From assembly GCA_963755275.1 (NCBI GenBank), contig CAVWJU010000003.1, positions 236,561 to 300,560 on the forward strand: a stretch of DNA of 64,000 nt, given 5' to 3'. Positions 1 through 11,533 of this stretch are shown here, piece by piece. Position 1 is the first letter of the stretch. Each line of letters starts with the position of its first letter. The translations under genes and the position numbers were made by a program. Under the pieces are notes generated by a model. It was not told where the DNA came from. It ran no database searches and was given only the letters and a program-made list of their open reading frames with translations. The DNA comes from an uncultured Solirubrobacteraceae bacterium. GTDB taxonomy: Bacteria > Actinomycetota > Thermoleophilia > Solirubrobacterales > Solirubrobacteraceae.

Positions 1-189
1 GCGCTCTACGACCGCGCGATCGCGGCCGGCGCGACCGAGCTCAACCGCCCCGCCGACCAGTTCCACGGCGACCGCGCCGGCTCGCTCAAGGACCCGTACG
101 GCCACCGCTGGGCGCTCGCCACGCACACCGAGGACATGTCCGAGGAGGAGATGCAGCGGCGCACCGAAGAGGCGATGGCCTCTACGTGA
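1..189 (+). CDS. VOC/glyoxalase (PhnB-like) family protein, C-terminal part (5' truncated by window)
   Basis: Frame 1 reads ALYDRAIAAGATEL...DQFHGDRAGSLKDPYGHRWALATH...TGA at 187-189; the DPYGHRW motif is typical of VOC proteins. Confidence 0.8.
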   Translation, partial: ALYDRAIAAGATELNRPADQFHGDRAGSLKDPYGHRWALATHTEDMSEEEMQRRTEEAMAST

Positions 190-1399
190 CGCGCGACGCG
201 GGCCTGGTCGACCTCGCGCTGCTCGCCGCGCTCGACCAGGCCGCGCAGCCGGTCGAGCGCGTCCCAGACGTCGACGAAGCGCGTGTAGAGCGGCGCGACG
301 CCGAGCCGCACGCTGTCCGGGCCGCGGAAGTCGGGGACGACGTCCGCGCGCTCGATCAGCGCGCGGCAGATCGGCCACGCCTCGGGGTGGTTGAGCGAGA
401 CGTGCGAGCCGCGCCGCGCCGGATCGCGCGGCGTCCCGAGCGTGAAGCCGAGCGGCGCCAGCCACTCGTCGTGGAGCGCGATCAGCAGCTCGGTCTGGGC
501 GATCGACTTCTCGCGCAGCGCCGCGATCCCGGCCTCGGCCGTGACCCGCACGCGCCTCCTCGACCGCGGCGAGCACGAGGATCGGCGGCGTGCCGGCCAG
601 GAAGCGGCCGATCCCCGGCGCGGGCGAGTACGGCCGCTCCATCGCGAACTGGTCGTCCTGGCCGAACCAGCCCTGGATCGGCGTGTGCAGCGCGTCGGGC
701 TCGCGCACGTACAGGTAGCCGGCCGCGCCCGGGCCGGCGTTGAGGTACTTGTAGGTGCAGCCGACGGCGTAGCGGATGCCGCGCGCGGCGAGCTCGACCG
801 GCACCGCTCCGGCCGAGTGGCTGAGGTCCCAGATGACCGTGCCGCGCGCGTCGATCGCCTCCATGTCGGCGAGTGCGCCGCTGCGGTAGGCGACGTGCGA
901 GAGCACGACCAGGCCCTCCGGGATCTCGTCGGCCTGCGGGCCGTGCAGCGGATCGGCCGGGTCGAAGATGTGCAGCCGCAGCCCGCGCGCGCGGGCGATC
1001 CCCTCGAGCACGTAGCGGTCGGTCGGGAAGTTCTCGCGGTCGGTGACCAGCGTGCGCAGCGACGGGTCGGCGTCGAGCAGCGCGTTGACGAGCTTGAAGA
1101 GGTTGACCGTGGTGCTGTCGGTGACCAGGACCTGTCCGGGATCCGCGCCGAGGACCTGGGCGAGCGCGTCGCCCGTGCGCGTCGGCGCCTCGATCCAGTC
1201 CGGCCAGCCGCTCGACGAGCTCCTCGCCCCACTGGTCGATCACGCGGTGCAGCCGCTCGCGTACGCCCTTCGGCAGGCGGCCCAGCGAGTTGCCGTCCAG
1301 GTAGAGCCGGTGCTCGTCGGTGATGACGAAGCGCTCGCGGAACTCCGCCAGCGGATCATCGCGGTCCAGCTGCGCCGCTTCGTCGCGGGTCAGAGCCAT
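182..1399 (-). CDS. kynU: Kynureninase (PLP-dependent), frameshifted in this read
   Basis: N-terminus MALTRDEAAQLDRDDPLAEFRERF...YLDGNSLGRLP; C-terminal RGSHVSL..PDFRGPDSVRLGVAPLY; pieces are spread over several frames. Confidence 0.9.
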
Positions 1400-2054
1400 G
1401 CGGTGACCGCCTTCCACAGCGGGTTGGCCGGGTCGAGGTGACCGAAGTGGTCCTCGTCGGGCTCGACGACGCAGCGTCGCGCCGGAGGCCGCCGCGAAGC
1501 GCTCTGAGATCTCGAGCGGGACGTTGTCGTCGCGGCCGCCGTGCGTGAGCAGCGCCGGGACGCCGAGCGGCAGGCGCTCGATCGGCGAGGCGACCGCGGT
1601 GTCCGCGCCGCCGAGGAACTGGTCGACGACGCCGTCCGAGAGCCGCAGCTCGCGCGCCCGTTGCAGGTCCAGCACACCCGCCTGCGAGACCACCCCGGTG
1701 ACCGCCACGCGCGGATTCTCGCGGGTCGCCGCCCAGGCCGCGAGATGCCCGCCCGCCGAGTGGCCGATCGTCACCACGCGCGAGCGGTCGACGTCGAGGT
1801 CGGCCAGCGCGTCGATCGCCGCCGACGACGTCATCGAGCGTCTCCGGCACGCCGCCGCCGTTGCCCAGCCGCCGGTACTCGATGTTCCACGCCGCCCAGC
1901 CGCGTTGCACGAGGTCCGCGCACAGCGCGTCCATCAGCGTGAGGTCGTAGCGCGCGCGCCAGAAGCCGCCGTGGATGACGACCGCGACCGGCCCCTCGCC
2001 GTACAGCACGCCGTACTGCGAGGGGTCGTCGCCGTAGTTATGCCGCTGGGACAC
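1390..2054 (-). CDS. Alpha/beta hydrolase (HGGxW/GHSAG type; candidate kynurenine formamidase), frameshifted
   Basis: VIHGGFW oxyanion motif, GHSAGGHLA nucleophile elbow, HGGRDDNVP and EDHFGHLDP; overlaps the kynU start. Confidence 0.75.
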
Positions 2055-3132
2055 CCAGGCTCTTGACGGCCTCGGCGAGCTTCGTGATGCCCTCGTCGAT
2101 CTGCTCGGGCGTCACGCCGGAGTAGGCGAGCCGCAGCGTGTTCTCGCCGCCCTCGAGCAGGAAGTCCGTGCCCTTGACGAACAGCACCTCGCGCTGGGCG
2201 GCGGCCTTCTCGAGCTCGGCCACGTCGATCGCCTCGGGCAGCTCGACCCACATGAAGTAGCCGCCCTGCGGCGCGGCGAACTTGGCCTCGGGCAGCTCGC
2301 GCTCGAGCGCGCCCACCACGGCGTCGCGGCGGTCGCGCAGCGCGTTCTTGACCGTCTCGATCGCCCCGTCCATGCGCCCGGAGCGCGCGAACTGGTTGAC
2401 GATCGACTGGGCCACCATGTTCGGCGAGATGTAGGTGTTGGTGGCGATCGTCTGGACCTGCTTGATCAGCGCCTGCGGGCCGACCAGGTAGCCGACCCGG
2501 ATGCCCGGGCAGACGGTCTTCGAGAACGAGGAGGCGTAGACCACGCGGCCCGCGTCGTCGGCCGAGAACATCGAGTCGATGTGCTCGCCCTCGAAGCGGA
2601 TCGAGACGTACGGGTCGTCCTCGAAGATCGTGAAGTCGTGCTCGACGGCGAGCTCCAGCAGCCGCTTGCGCTTGGCCGCCGAGAGCGTGTAGCCGGCCGG
2701 GTTCTGGAAGTTGGGGATGATGTGCGCGAGCTTCGGGTGCACGGCCTCGGAGAGCACGGTCTCCAGGCCCTCGATGCTGATCCCGTCGGTCTCGAGCTCG
2801 ACCATCCGCACGTCGGCGCCGCGGTTGCGCAGGTTCAGCAGCGTGCGGTCGTAGGTCGGCGACTCGACGATCACGGCGTCGCCGGCCTGCACCAGCAGCT
2901 CGAACAGGAACGCGTCGGCCTGCATCGACCCGTTGGTCACCAGCACCTGCTCGACGGCCACGCCGTGCTGTTCGGCGATCCACTCGCGCAGCGGCACGTA
3001 GCCGACCGACGTGCCGTAGGCGGTCGTCCCCGCCGGGTCGGAGTCGAAGGCGAGCTGCGCGGCCTCGCGCAGGCCCTCCACGTCGACGATGTCGAGCGAC
3101 GGCGCCCCGCGGGCGAAGGAGATCGTGGCCAT
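2038..3132 (-). CDS. PLP-dependent class I aminotransferase (2-aminoadipate/kynurenine aminotransferase-like)
   Basis: MATISFARGAP..., IPNFQNPAG, FEDDPY, SFSKTVCPGIRVG. Confidence 0.85.
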   Translation of the reverse strand: MATISFARGAPSLDIVDVEGLREAAQLAFDSDPAGTTAYGTSVGYVPLREWIAEQHGVAVEQVLVTNGSMQADAFLFELLVQAGDAVIVESPTYDRTLLNLRNRGADVRMVELETDGISIEGLETVLSEAVHPKLAHIIPNFQNPAGYTLSAAKRKRLLELAVEHDFTIFEDDPYVSIRFEGEHIDSMFSADDAGRVVYASSFSKTVCPGIRVGYLVGPQALIKQVQTIATNTYISPNMVAQSIVNQFARSGRMDGAIETVKNALRDRRDAVVGALERELPEAKFAAPQGGYFMWVELPEAIDVAELEKAAAQREVLFVKGTDFLLEGGENTLRLAYSGVTPEQIDEGITKLAEAVKSLGVPAA

Positions 3133-3143
3133 GGCTCGTGAGC

Positions 3144-4416
3144 CTAGCGCCGCTTGCAGAGCGTCCCGATCCTGACCAGCACCGGCGCTGGGAGGTTGCG
3201 CGCGGCGGCATAGCGGATCGTGACCGTGCGGCGGCCGGTGTCGCGCTCGAGCAGGTCCATGTCGCGATAGGCGTACTGGTACACGCGCAGCGCGCCGTGC
3301 TCCTCCTTGCCGTCGGCCGTGCGCGGCACCGCCAGGCCCGCTCCGCGCATCCCGGCCGGGCAGCTCACGCGCACCAGCCGCTTGATCAGGCGCGGCTCGC
3401 CGGCGTTCAGGCGCACTTGCACCGTCGAGATCGCCGCGCTCTTCGGCAGCTTCGTGCCGGCGCGGATCGGCTTGCCGATCAAGGTCTTGCCGCCGGCCTC
3501 GGTGCCGCGCGCCTGCTTGCGCTCGACGTGCTCGGAGCCCGCGACCTTGCCCGAGCGCTGCGCCACGATCAGCGTCGTCGCCGCCCCGCCGGCCAGCAGC
3601 ACGCAGCAGCCGGTGACCGCGGCCTTGGCGCCGAGGCCGGCAACCGCGCCGCCGCCGCCCAGCAGCTGCAGGACGCCGGCCAGCGGGCCCATCCCGACCG
3701 GCGGGACGAGCGCGCGCAGCCGCCCGCGGGTGGCCTTCAGCCCGTCGCGGAAGTCGCTGCAGGCGCCGCAGGTGCGCAGGTGCCGGATCGCGTGCTCGGA
3801 CGGCCGCCGGCGCTCGTCGTGGGCGACCAGCAGGACCTCGCGGATCGCCGCGCAGTCGGCGTCGCGCGCCTCCGCGGCGGCGACGAGCCCGCTGCGGGCG
3901 CGCTTGACGAGCTGGCGCGAGGCGGCGGGAGAGATCTCGAGCGCGCTCGCGACCTCGATCGTGGCTGAGCCCGTCGAGCTCGCGCATCAGCAGCGCCGCG
4001 CGCTGCTGCTCGGGCAGGTCGGCGAGGTCCTCGATCAGCCGCCGCAGCTCGTGGCGGCGGCTGAGCGTCGAGTAGATGTCCTCGCCCGCGCCGGCGCGGT
4101 CGCCGTCGGCGAGCTCGGTGGTGGGAACGCGGTTGCGCCGCAGCTCGTCGATGCAGAGGTTGCGCACGACGCGGTGCAGCCACGGTTTGAGCTCGACCGG
4201 GCGGTGGTCGTCGCGCAGCGAGCGGTGCGCGCGCAGGAACGCCTCCTGCACGATCCCCTCGGCATCGCCGCCGTGGCCGCGCAGCGCCCGCGCCGCGGTC
4301 GCGTGCAAGCGCCGGCGGTGGCGCTCGTGGAGGATCTCGAAGGCGTCCTCCCGCCCGGCCCGGAACAGCTCGACGAGATGCTCGTCCGAACGCAGTCTGA
4401 GGTGGGCGGGAGGCAC
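3144..4416 (-). CDS. ECF RNA polymerase sigma factor with C-terminal extension (ZAS-like motif, TM helix, extracytoplasmic tail), frameshifted
   Basis: Sigma2 (DAEGIVQEAF, KPWLHRVVRNLCIDELRR) and sigma4 (LPEQQRAALLMRELDGLS); after a frameshift near 3960 come HLRTCGAC and the hydrophobic AAVTGCCVLLAGGAATTLIV. Confidence 0.75.
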
Positions 4417-4441
4417 GGGCTTCGAGCCTAGTTCGCGTGGC

Positions 4442-4717
4442 TCACTTGCACAGGTCGGCTGCCTTCACCCAGCCGGTGCGGTTGACGTGCCCACGGGCGA
4501 AGCCGTAGGCGTACTTGCCGGACGGGCTGTAGCGGGTGACGCGGATCGTCTGGTGCTTGAACAGCGTGCCGCTGAAGATCTTGCCCGGCTGCAGCGTCAG
4601 GTAGGTCGACTTGGCACAGACCTCGCGGACGCCGGTCGGCTCGGCGGCAACCGCCGGGGCGACGGCCGTGGTCGCGAGCGTGGTGGTGAGGAGGATCATG
4701 GGGAGGAATCGCTTCAT
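4442..4717 (-). CDS. Small secreted protein (SH3b-like)
   Basis: 91 aa with signal peptide ending AVAA; C-terminal YAYGFARGHVNRTGWV resembles SH3-like domains. Confidence 0.6.
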   Translation of the reverse strand: MKRFLPMILLTTTLATTAVAPAVAAEPTGVREVCAKSTYLTLQPGKIFSGTLFKHQTIRVTRYSPSGKYAYGFARGHVNRTGWVKAADLCK

Positions 4718-4776
4718 GCCGGGGTGAACGAGAGCTGCCGCCGCGGTGTGACGGACCTTCTGCTATTTCGCGTCCG

Positions 4777-6068
4777 ATGGATTACGTCTCGCGCGCACTC
4801 GACTTCGTCGCGGGCTGGCGGGACGCCGCCGGGCCGATGCCGTCGCACCCGGCGCTGGCGCCCGATCCGGCGCGCTTCGAGGCCGCCTGGACGGAGTTCG
4901 GCGAGCGGATGGCGGGCAGCTATCCGTTCCACCATCCCGCGCTACGCCGGGCAGATGCTCAAGCCGCCGCACCCGGTGGCGATCGCCGCCTACACCGCGG
5001 CGCTGCACGTCAACGCCAACAACCACGCGCTCGACGGCGGGCCGGTGACGAGCGAGCTCGAGGTCGAGGTCGATGCGGGACCTGGCCGCGATGTTCGGCT
5101 GCCCTCCGAATGCGCTGGGCCACCTGACCTCGTCGGGCACGATCGCCAACCTCGAGGCGCTGTGGGTGGCGCGCGAGCTGCACCCGGACAAGGCGATCGC
5201 GTTCACGCCGACGCGCACTACACGCACGCGCGCATGTGCGCGCTGCTGGGCGTCGAGGGCATCGCCACCGACGACCTCGAGGCGGCGGCGCGCAGCGGCA
5301 AGGTGGGGACGATCGTGGTCACGGCCGGCACGACCGGCCTCGGGACCGTCGACGACATCGAGCACGCGGTCGCGCTGCGCGAGCGCTACGGGGTCCGCGT
5401 GCACGTCGACGCCGCCTACGGCGGGTTCTTCACGCTGCTCGATTCGCTCGTCCCGGTCGCCTCCTTCCGCGCGATCGCCGGCTGCGACAGCGTCGTCGTC
5501 GACCCGCACAAGCACGGCCTGCAGCCCTACGGCTGCGGCGCGGTGCTGTTCCGCGACCCCACGGTCGGGCGCCTCTACAAGCACGACTCGCCGTACACGT
5601 ACTTCACGTCGGGCGACCTGCACCTGGGCGAGATCTCGCTCGAGTGCTCGCGCGCGGGCGCCGCCGCGGCCGCGCTGTGGCTGACGCTGCGCGCGCTCGA
5701 CCTCGCCCCGATCCTGGCCGCGGGCGTGCGCGCCGCGCGCGCCTGGGCCGAGCTGCTGCGCTCCTCCGACGTGCTGCGCCTGCACGTCGAGCCCGAGCTC
5801 GACATCGTCACCTACTTCCCGGCGCGGCTCACGTGCGTCGGAGATCGACGCCGCGAGCGCGCGGGTGCTCGACGCCGCGATGACCGACGCGGACCCGGTC
5901 TACCTGAGCACGCTGCGGATCGACGGCCCGGCGTTCGCCGCCGCCCATCCGGACGTCGAGCTCGACACGGACGGCGTGCGCGTGCTGCGCAGCGTGCTGA
6001 TGAAGCCCGAGCACGAACCGCACGTGCCGTGGCTGCACGAGCGCGTCAGCGAAGTCGCGAGACGGTGA
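4777..6068 (+). CDS. Group II PLP-dependent decarboxylase, frameshifted
   Basis: [43 protein letters not shown] (PLP lysine). Confidence 0.85.
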
Positions 6069-7325
6069 GCGCGAAGCGGCCGCTGTAGGACGTGCCGTTG
6101 AGCTCGCGGCGCAACGTCCCCGGGCCCGCCGCCGAGCCCGCGATCACCGCACGCGAGCCGGCGGCGTCGATCGCGTCGAACGTGGTGTAGATCGGCTCCC
6201 CGCCCGGCGGGCGACCGAGCCGCGGGAACGTCAGACCGCCGTTGCCGAAGCTGGAATCGCGCGCGCCGCTCGCGCGCAGGCGGACGACGAGCGCGTTCGG
6301 CGGCCGGCCCGAGCCCGAGAGCAGGATCCGGCCCTTACGGTCGCGCACCATCGCGGTGATCCGGATCTCGTCGCCGGCGCGCGAGATCCACGTCACGCCG
6401 GAGCGGCCGAAGCGCGTGTCGAGGGTCCCGTCCGGCCGGATCCGGATCACGGCGCCGCGCGGCGTGCCGGCCGCCGTCAGGTCGGTCCCGGCCACGAGCG
6501 TCGAGCCGCTCGGGCCGCTGCGGATGGCCTGCGCGCCGACGCCGGCGGCGCCGCCCGTGCCGAGCGCGATGTTCGCCACGCCGGTGCCGGCGAACGTCAG
6601 GTCGGGCGCGCCGGTCGCTCCCAGCCGTACCACCGAAAAGGTGCCGCGTCGCCCGCGACGCTGAACAGGATCGGGCCCTCGGGGCGCACGAGCAGGCTCG
6701 TGACGCGGCCGGCCAGCCCGAGGTCGGAGGCGTCGAAGGTGCCGAAGCTGGTGTCGACGCTGCCGTCCGCGAGCAGCCGCAGCACGATCGGCGCTTGCCC
6801 CCGGGAGCCGCCGAGGATCACGTTGCCCGCCCGGTCCATGACCATCGCCCCGAGCACGGCGTTGGCCGGCCCGGCCAGGACATAGCCGAGCCCGCCCCCG
6901 AAGCTCGGGTCGATCTCGCCGGTCGGGAACAGCCGGACGGCCGCGAAGCGCGTCGTGCCGTCCGTCAGCCGCAGCGTCCCGGCGGCGACGATCCGCCCGT
7001 CGCGGAACGTCGCCAGCGCGCGCACGCCGTCGAGCGACGTGCCCGGCAGCGCGGGAATGACCTGCCCGGCGGTGCCGAACTGGCGGTCCAGCGCGCCGGT
7101 CCGGCGCAGCCGCACGACGACGAACTGGCCGCCGGCGCTGCCGCCGGCGAGCACGCGGTTGCCCGCGATGACCTTGACCGCCCCGCCCACGGCGTCCGTG
7201 CCCTTGGCCTTCAGCGAGAGCGTGCCGCGGCGGCCGAAGCCGCGGTCGGGGTCGCCCGGCCGCGCCTGGGCGGCGACGGGCGCGACCAGCAGCAGGACGA
7301 GGGCGGCGGCGAGCATGCGCGTCAT
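6046..7325 (-). CDS. Secreted delta-60-repeat (beta-propeller) protein, frameshifted
   Basis: Signal peptide [21 protein letters not shown]; repeated RL..xG.LD.xFG units. Confidence 0.75.
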
Positions 7326-7396
7326 CGGATGACTCCAACCCGCGACCGGGGCAAACGGTGCGGGAGCATGCCGGACCGGCATGCTCCCGCCGCTGC

Positions 7397-8285
7397 TCAC
7401 GCGGTGCGCAGGGCCCCGGCGATCTCGGCCGCGATCTCGGCGACCTCGGTCGGCGTGCGCCCGACGCGCACGCCCTTGCCCTCGAGCGCCTCCTGCTTGG
7501 CGATCGCCGTGCCGGCGGTGCCGGAGACGATCGCGCCGGCGTGGCCCATCGTCTTGCCGGGCGGGGCGGTGAAGCCCGCGATGTAGGCCACGACCGGCTT
7601 GGAGACGTGCTCGGCGATGTAGTCCGCGGCCTCCTCCTCGGCCGAGCCGCCGATCTCGCCCGCCATCACGATCAGCTCGGTCTCGGGGTCGGCCTCGAAG
7701 GAGGCGATGATGTCGATGAAGCTCGAGCCCGGGACCGGGATCGCCGCCGATGCCGACGATGCTCGAGTTGCCGAAGCCGCGCTGGGCCAGCTCGTTGCCG
7801 ATCTGGTAGGTCAGCGTGCCGGAGCGCGACACGACGCCGACGTTGCCCTCGCTGAAGAAGCTCGCGGGGATGATGCCGACGTTGGCCTTGCCCGGCGACA
7901 GGATGCCCGGGCAGTTGGGGCCGACCAGGCGCACGTCGTCGTTGCGCGCGAGGTGGTTGTAGACGCGCAGCTCGTCGTGGGCCGGGATGCCCTCGGTGAT
8001 GCAGACGACGAGCCGGATGCCGGCGTCCTCGGCCTCGAGGATCGAGTCGGCGGCGAAGCGCGGCGGGACGAAGATCATCGCCGTGTTGGCGCCCGTCTCG
8101 GCGACCGCGTCGTGGAACGTGTTGAAGACCGGGATCCCCTCGACGTCCTGCCCGCCCTTGCCGGGCGTGACGCCGGAGACCACGTTCGTCCCGTAGTTCT
8201 TGTTGTTGAGCGTGTGGAACGTGCCCTCGCGGCCGGTGATGCCGGAGACGCAGAGGCGCGTGTCGTTGTCGACCAGGATTGCCAT
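7397..8285 (-). CDS. sucD: Succinyl-CoA synthetase alpha subunit, frameshifted
   Basis: [46 protein letters not shown] (phospho-His). Confidence 0.95.
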
Positions 8286-9425
8286 CAGCCGGCGAGCTCC
8301 ACGACTTTCTTGGCCGCGCCGAGCATCGTGGACTCGGCGTGGACATTGGGCAGGTTCGCGTCGGCCAGCAGCTGCCGGCCCTCCTTGTCGTTGGTGCCGT
8401 CGAGGCGGACCACGAACGGCACCTGCGGATTGATCTGGTCGAAGGCCTCGATCAGGCCCTTCGCGACCTCGTCGCAGCGCGTGATCCCGCCGAAGATGTT
8501 GAACAGCACGGCGGTCACGTTCTCGTTGGAGAGGATCACCTCGACCGCCTGGGTGATCGCCTCCGCGCGGCTTCCCCCGCCCGCGTCGAGGAAGTTCGCC
8601 GGCTGCCCGCCGGCCTGCGCGACCACGTCGAGCGTGGACATCACCAGCCCGGCGCCGTTGCCGAGGATGCCGACGTTGCCGTCGAGCTTGACGAACGTCA
8701 GCCCGCGCTCGCGCGCCATCCGCTCCTGCTCGTCCTCGGCGGCGACGTTGCGCAGCGCCGCGTTGTCGGGATGGCGGAAGAGGCTGTTGTCGTCGAGCGT
8801 GACCTTGGCGTCGAGCGCCGCGACGTCGCGGTCTGACGTCACGATCAGCGGGTTGACCTCGACGAGCATGGCCTCCTCGGCCACGAACGCGTCGTAGAGC
8901 TTGTTCAGCAGCGCGCCGATCGGGCGCACGACGTCGGCGTCGACGCCGGCCTCGAACGCCAGCCGGCGCGCGTGGAAGTCCTGGAAGCCGAGCAGCGGGT
9001 CGACGTGCAGGCGCGCGATCGCGTTCGGGTCCTTTTCCGCCACTTCCTCGATGTCCATCCCGCCCTGGGTGCGAGAGCATCACCAGCGGCCGCTTGGCCG
9101 AGCGGTCGAAGACGATCGACGCGTAGTACTCGGCCGCGATGTCCGACGCCGCCTCGACCCACACTTCGTGGACCGTGTGCCCGCGGATGTCCATGCCGAG
9201 GATGTTCTTGGCGTGCTCCTCGGCCTCGGTCCGGTCCTTCGCGACCTTGATCCCGCCGGCCTTTCCGCGGCCGCCGATCTGCACCTGCGCCTTGACGACG
9301 CAGGGATAGCCGATCTCGTCGGCCGCCGCGACGGCCTCCTCGACGGTGGTGGCGGGGGCGCCTGAGGGCACCGGCACCCCGTGGCGGGCGAACAGCTGCT
9401 TGCCCTGATATTCGAGTAGATCCAT
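8285..9425 (-). CDS. sucC: Succinyl-CoA synthetase beta subunit, frameshifted
   Basis: [48 protein letters not shown]. Confidence 0.95.
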
Positions 9426-9441
9426 TGCGAGGCGGCCGAGC

Positions 9442-10294
9442 TTATCGCTGCGGCTCGCCTCGCGATTCCTCTCGCGTGCCGATCAGCGGCGTCGTCCCGT
9501 TGCCCTTGCGGCAGCGCCGCCTGCGCCGGCGTCGCCGACGAGGCCGTGGCCGCGTCCAGCAGGGGCTTCACGAGGTCCAGCGGGAACACGATCGTGGAGT
9601 TCTGGTTGACGCCGATCTCGCTCAGCGTCTGCAGGTAGCGCAGCTGGAGCGTCGTCGGGTTCTCCGAGATCACGTCGGCGGCCTGGCTCAGCCGCGCCGC
9701 GGCCTGGAACTCGCCCTCGGCGTTGATGACCTTCGCCCGCCGCTCGCGCTCGGCCTGCGCCTGGCGGGCCATCGCGTGCTGCATCGTCTGCGGGATGCCG
9801 ACGTCCTTGATCTCGACCGTCGTGACCTTGATGCCCCAGGGCTCGGTCTGCTCGTCGATGATCTTCTGCAGCTCCTCGTTGAGCTCCTCGCGCTCGGCCA
9901 ACAGCGTGTCGAGGTCCGCCTTGCCGAGCACGGAGCGCAGCGTCGTCTGGGCGATCTGCGAGGTCGCCTTGAGGTAGCTCTCGACCTGGACGACGGCGCA
10001 GTTGGGATCGACGACGCGGAAGTAGATGACGGCGTCGACGCGTGCCGTGACGTTGTCGCGGGTGATCACGTCCTGCGGCGGCACGTTGAGCGTCACCGTC
10101 CGCAGCGAGACGCGGACCATGCGGTCGATCGCGGGCACGAGCAGCACGAGCCCCGGGCCCTTGGTGTCGATCATGCGGCCGAGCCGGAAGACCACCGCGC
10201 GCTCGTACTCGCGCAGCACCCGGACCGATGCGGCGGCCAGGGCGAAGCCCACGGCCAGGATCACGATGATCGCGACGGCTACGGCCTCGATCAT
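9442..10294 (-). CDS. SPFH/band 7 (stomatin-like, slipin) protein
   Basis: [45 protein letters not shown]; C-terminus reconstructed across one indel. Confidence 0.9.
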
Positions 10295-10740
10295 GGCGCC
10301 ACCTCCCATTTCTCCGCGGGGCGGACGGTCAATGTCAGCCCGTTGACGTACTCGACCACGACGGGATCGCCGCGGCTGAGCGGGGCCTCGTCCTCGAGGT
10401 CCCAAAGACGGGCGCGCCACAGCGCCCCGTCGACGAAGACGCAATCTGGCGCGCGCGCGATGCCGACGCGGCCGACCAGCGTGTTGGTTGCTTTCAGGCG
10501 GCGCGTCGCCAGGCCCTTGCGCAGGAGCACGAAGAGGAAGACGCCGCCCACAAGCGCCGCGGCGAGCGCGCCGAAGACGGCCACCAGCGCGGCGCTGCCG
10601 GAGGCCGACAGCAGCAGCGCGACCCCGGCGGCGAACGAAATGATCGCGCCGGTGCCGAGCGCTCCGAAGCTCGGCACGTGCGCTTCGGCCGCCATCAATG
10701 CGGCCCCAAGTACCACCAGCAGCAGGCCGAGCGCGAACAT
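10291..10740 (-). CDS. NfeD-family membrane protein
   Basis: TM helices followed by an OB-fold ([11 protein letters not shown]...[13 protein letters not shown]); overlaps the stomatin gene as in the canonical pair. Confidence 0.85.
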   Translation of the reverse strand: MFALGLLLVVLGAALMAAEAHVPSFGALGTGAIISFAAGVALLLSASGSAALVAVFGALAAALVGGVFLFVLLRKGLATRRLKATNTLVGRVGIARAPDCVFVDGALWRARLWDLEDEAPLSRGDPVVVEYVNGLTLTVRPAEKWEVAP

Positions 10741-10806
10741 GTTTGTCTCTGCCTCCGATGGTACTCCGGGTCCGCGCGCGCGGAAATGTCATCATGCACG
10801 GCCGCA

Positions 10807-11487
10807 ATGCCGCTCCCGAAAGAAGTCACCTTCGTCACCTTCGACGTGTACGGCACCCTGATCGACTGGGAGACCGGCGCGTACCAGGCCTTCGCCAAAG
10901 AGGCCGAGAAGGACGGCTACACGCTGTCCAAGGAGGAGCTCGTGCCGCTCTTCCTCGAGACCCAGCAGGAGATCAAGGGCGGGTCCTACGAGCTCTACGC
11001 CGAGGTCCTGCGCCGCACCGCCGTCCAGATCTCGCGCCAGCTCGGCTGGCCGCTCGAGCCGTCGCGCTCCGGCTTTCTCCCGAACTCGATCGTCCGCTGG
11101 CCGCCGTTCAAGGAGACCAACACGCAGCTCGACCGCTTGGGCAAGAAGTTCGAGCTCGGGCTGATCTCGAACATCGACGACAAGCTGCTCGGGGAGACGC
11201 GCCGCCACTTCAAGGCTGACTTCGACCTCGTCGTCACGGCCCAGCAGGTCCGCTCCTACAAGCCGGACCTCGCGCACTTCAAGGAGGCCGAGCGCCGCAT
11301 CGGCACCAGGAAGGGCTGGGTCCACGTCGCGTCGAGCTACTACTACGACGTCGAGCCGTGCATCAAGGCCAAGATCCCCGTGATCTGGGTCAACCGCAAC
11401 AAGGAGACGCTCGACGCCTCGCAGAAGAAGCCGACGGCCGAGGTGAAGACGCTGCTCGAAGCGGCGAAGCTTCTCGGCGCAGCTTGA
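10807..11487 (+). CDS. HAD-superfamily hydrolase (haloacid dehalogenase type II-like)
   Basis: [32 protein letters not shown]. Confidence 0.85.
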   Translation: MPLPKEVTFVTFDVYGTLIDWETGAYQAFAKEAEKDGYTLSKEELVPLFLETQQEIKGGSYELYAEVLRRTAVQISRQLGWPLEPSRSGFLPNSIVRWPPFKETNTQLDRLGKKFELGLISNIDDKLLGETRRHFKADFDLVVTAQQVRSYKPDLAHFKEAERRIGTRKGWVHVASSYYYDVEPCIKAKIPVIWVNRNKETLDASQKKPTAEVKTLLEAAKLLGAA

Positions 11488-11490
11488 ATT

Positions 11491-11513
11491 GGGGCGGACA
11501 TCCCCTCCGCCCC
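11491..11513. terminator. GC hairpin after the HAD gene
   Basis: GGGGCGGA-catcccc-TCCGCCCC inverted repeat immediately after the stop codon; no U-tract. Confidence 0.45.
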
Positions 11514-11533
11514 ACCCCGATCATCCGACCTTA

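Noticed and set aside
2038-4416. 792-aa sigma factor-aminotransferase fusion in the ORF track
   Set aside because: Produced by a frameshift; the middle is out-of-frame sequence and the aminotransferase has its own ATG at 3132.
6597-9425. 942-aa SucC-SucD-delta-60 fusion in the ORF track
   Set aside because: Frameshift artefact joining three separate genes in GC-rich, stop-poor DNA.
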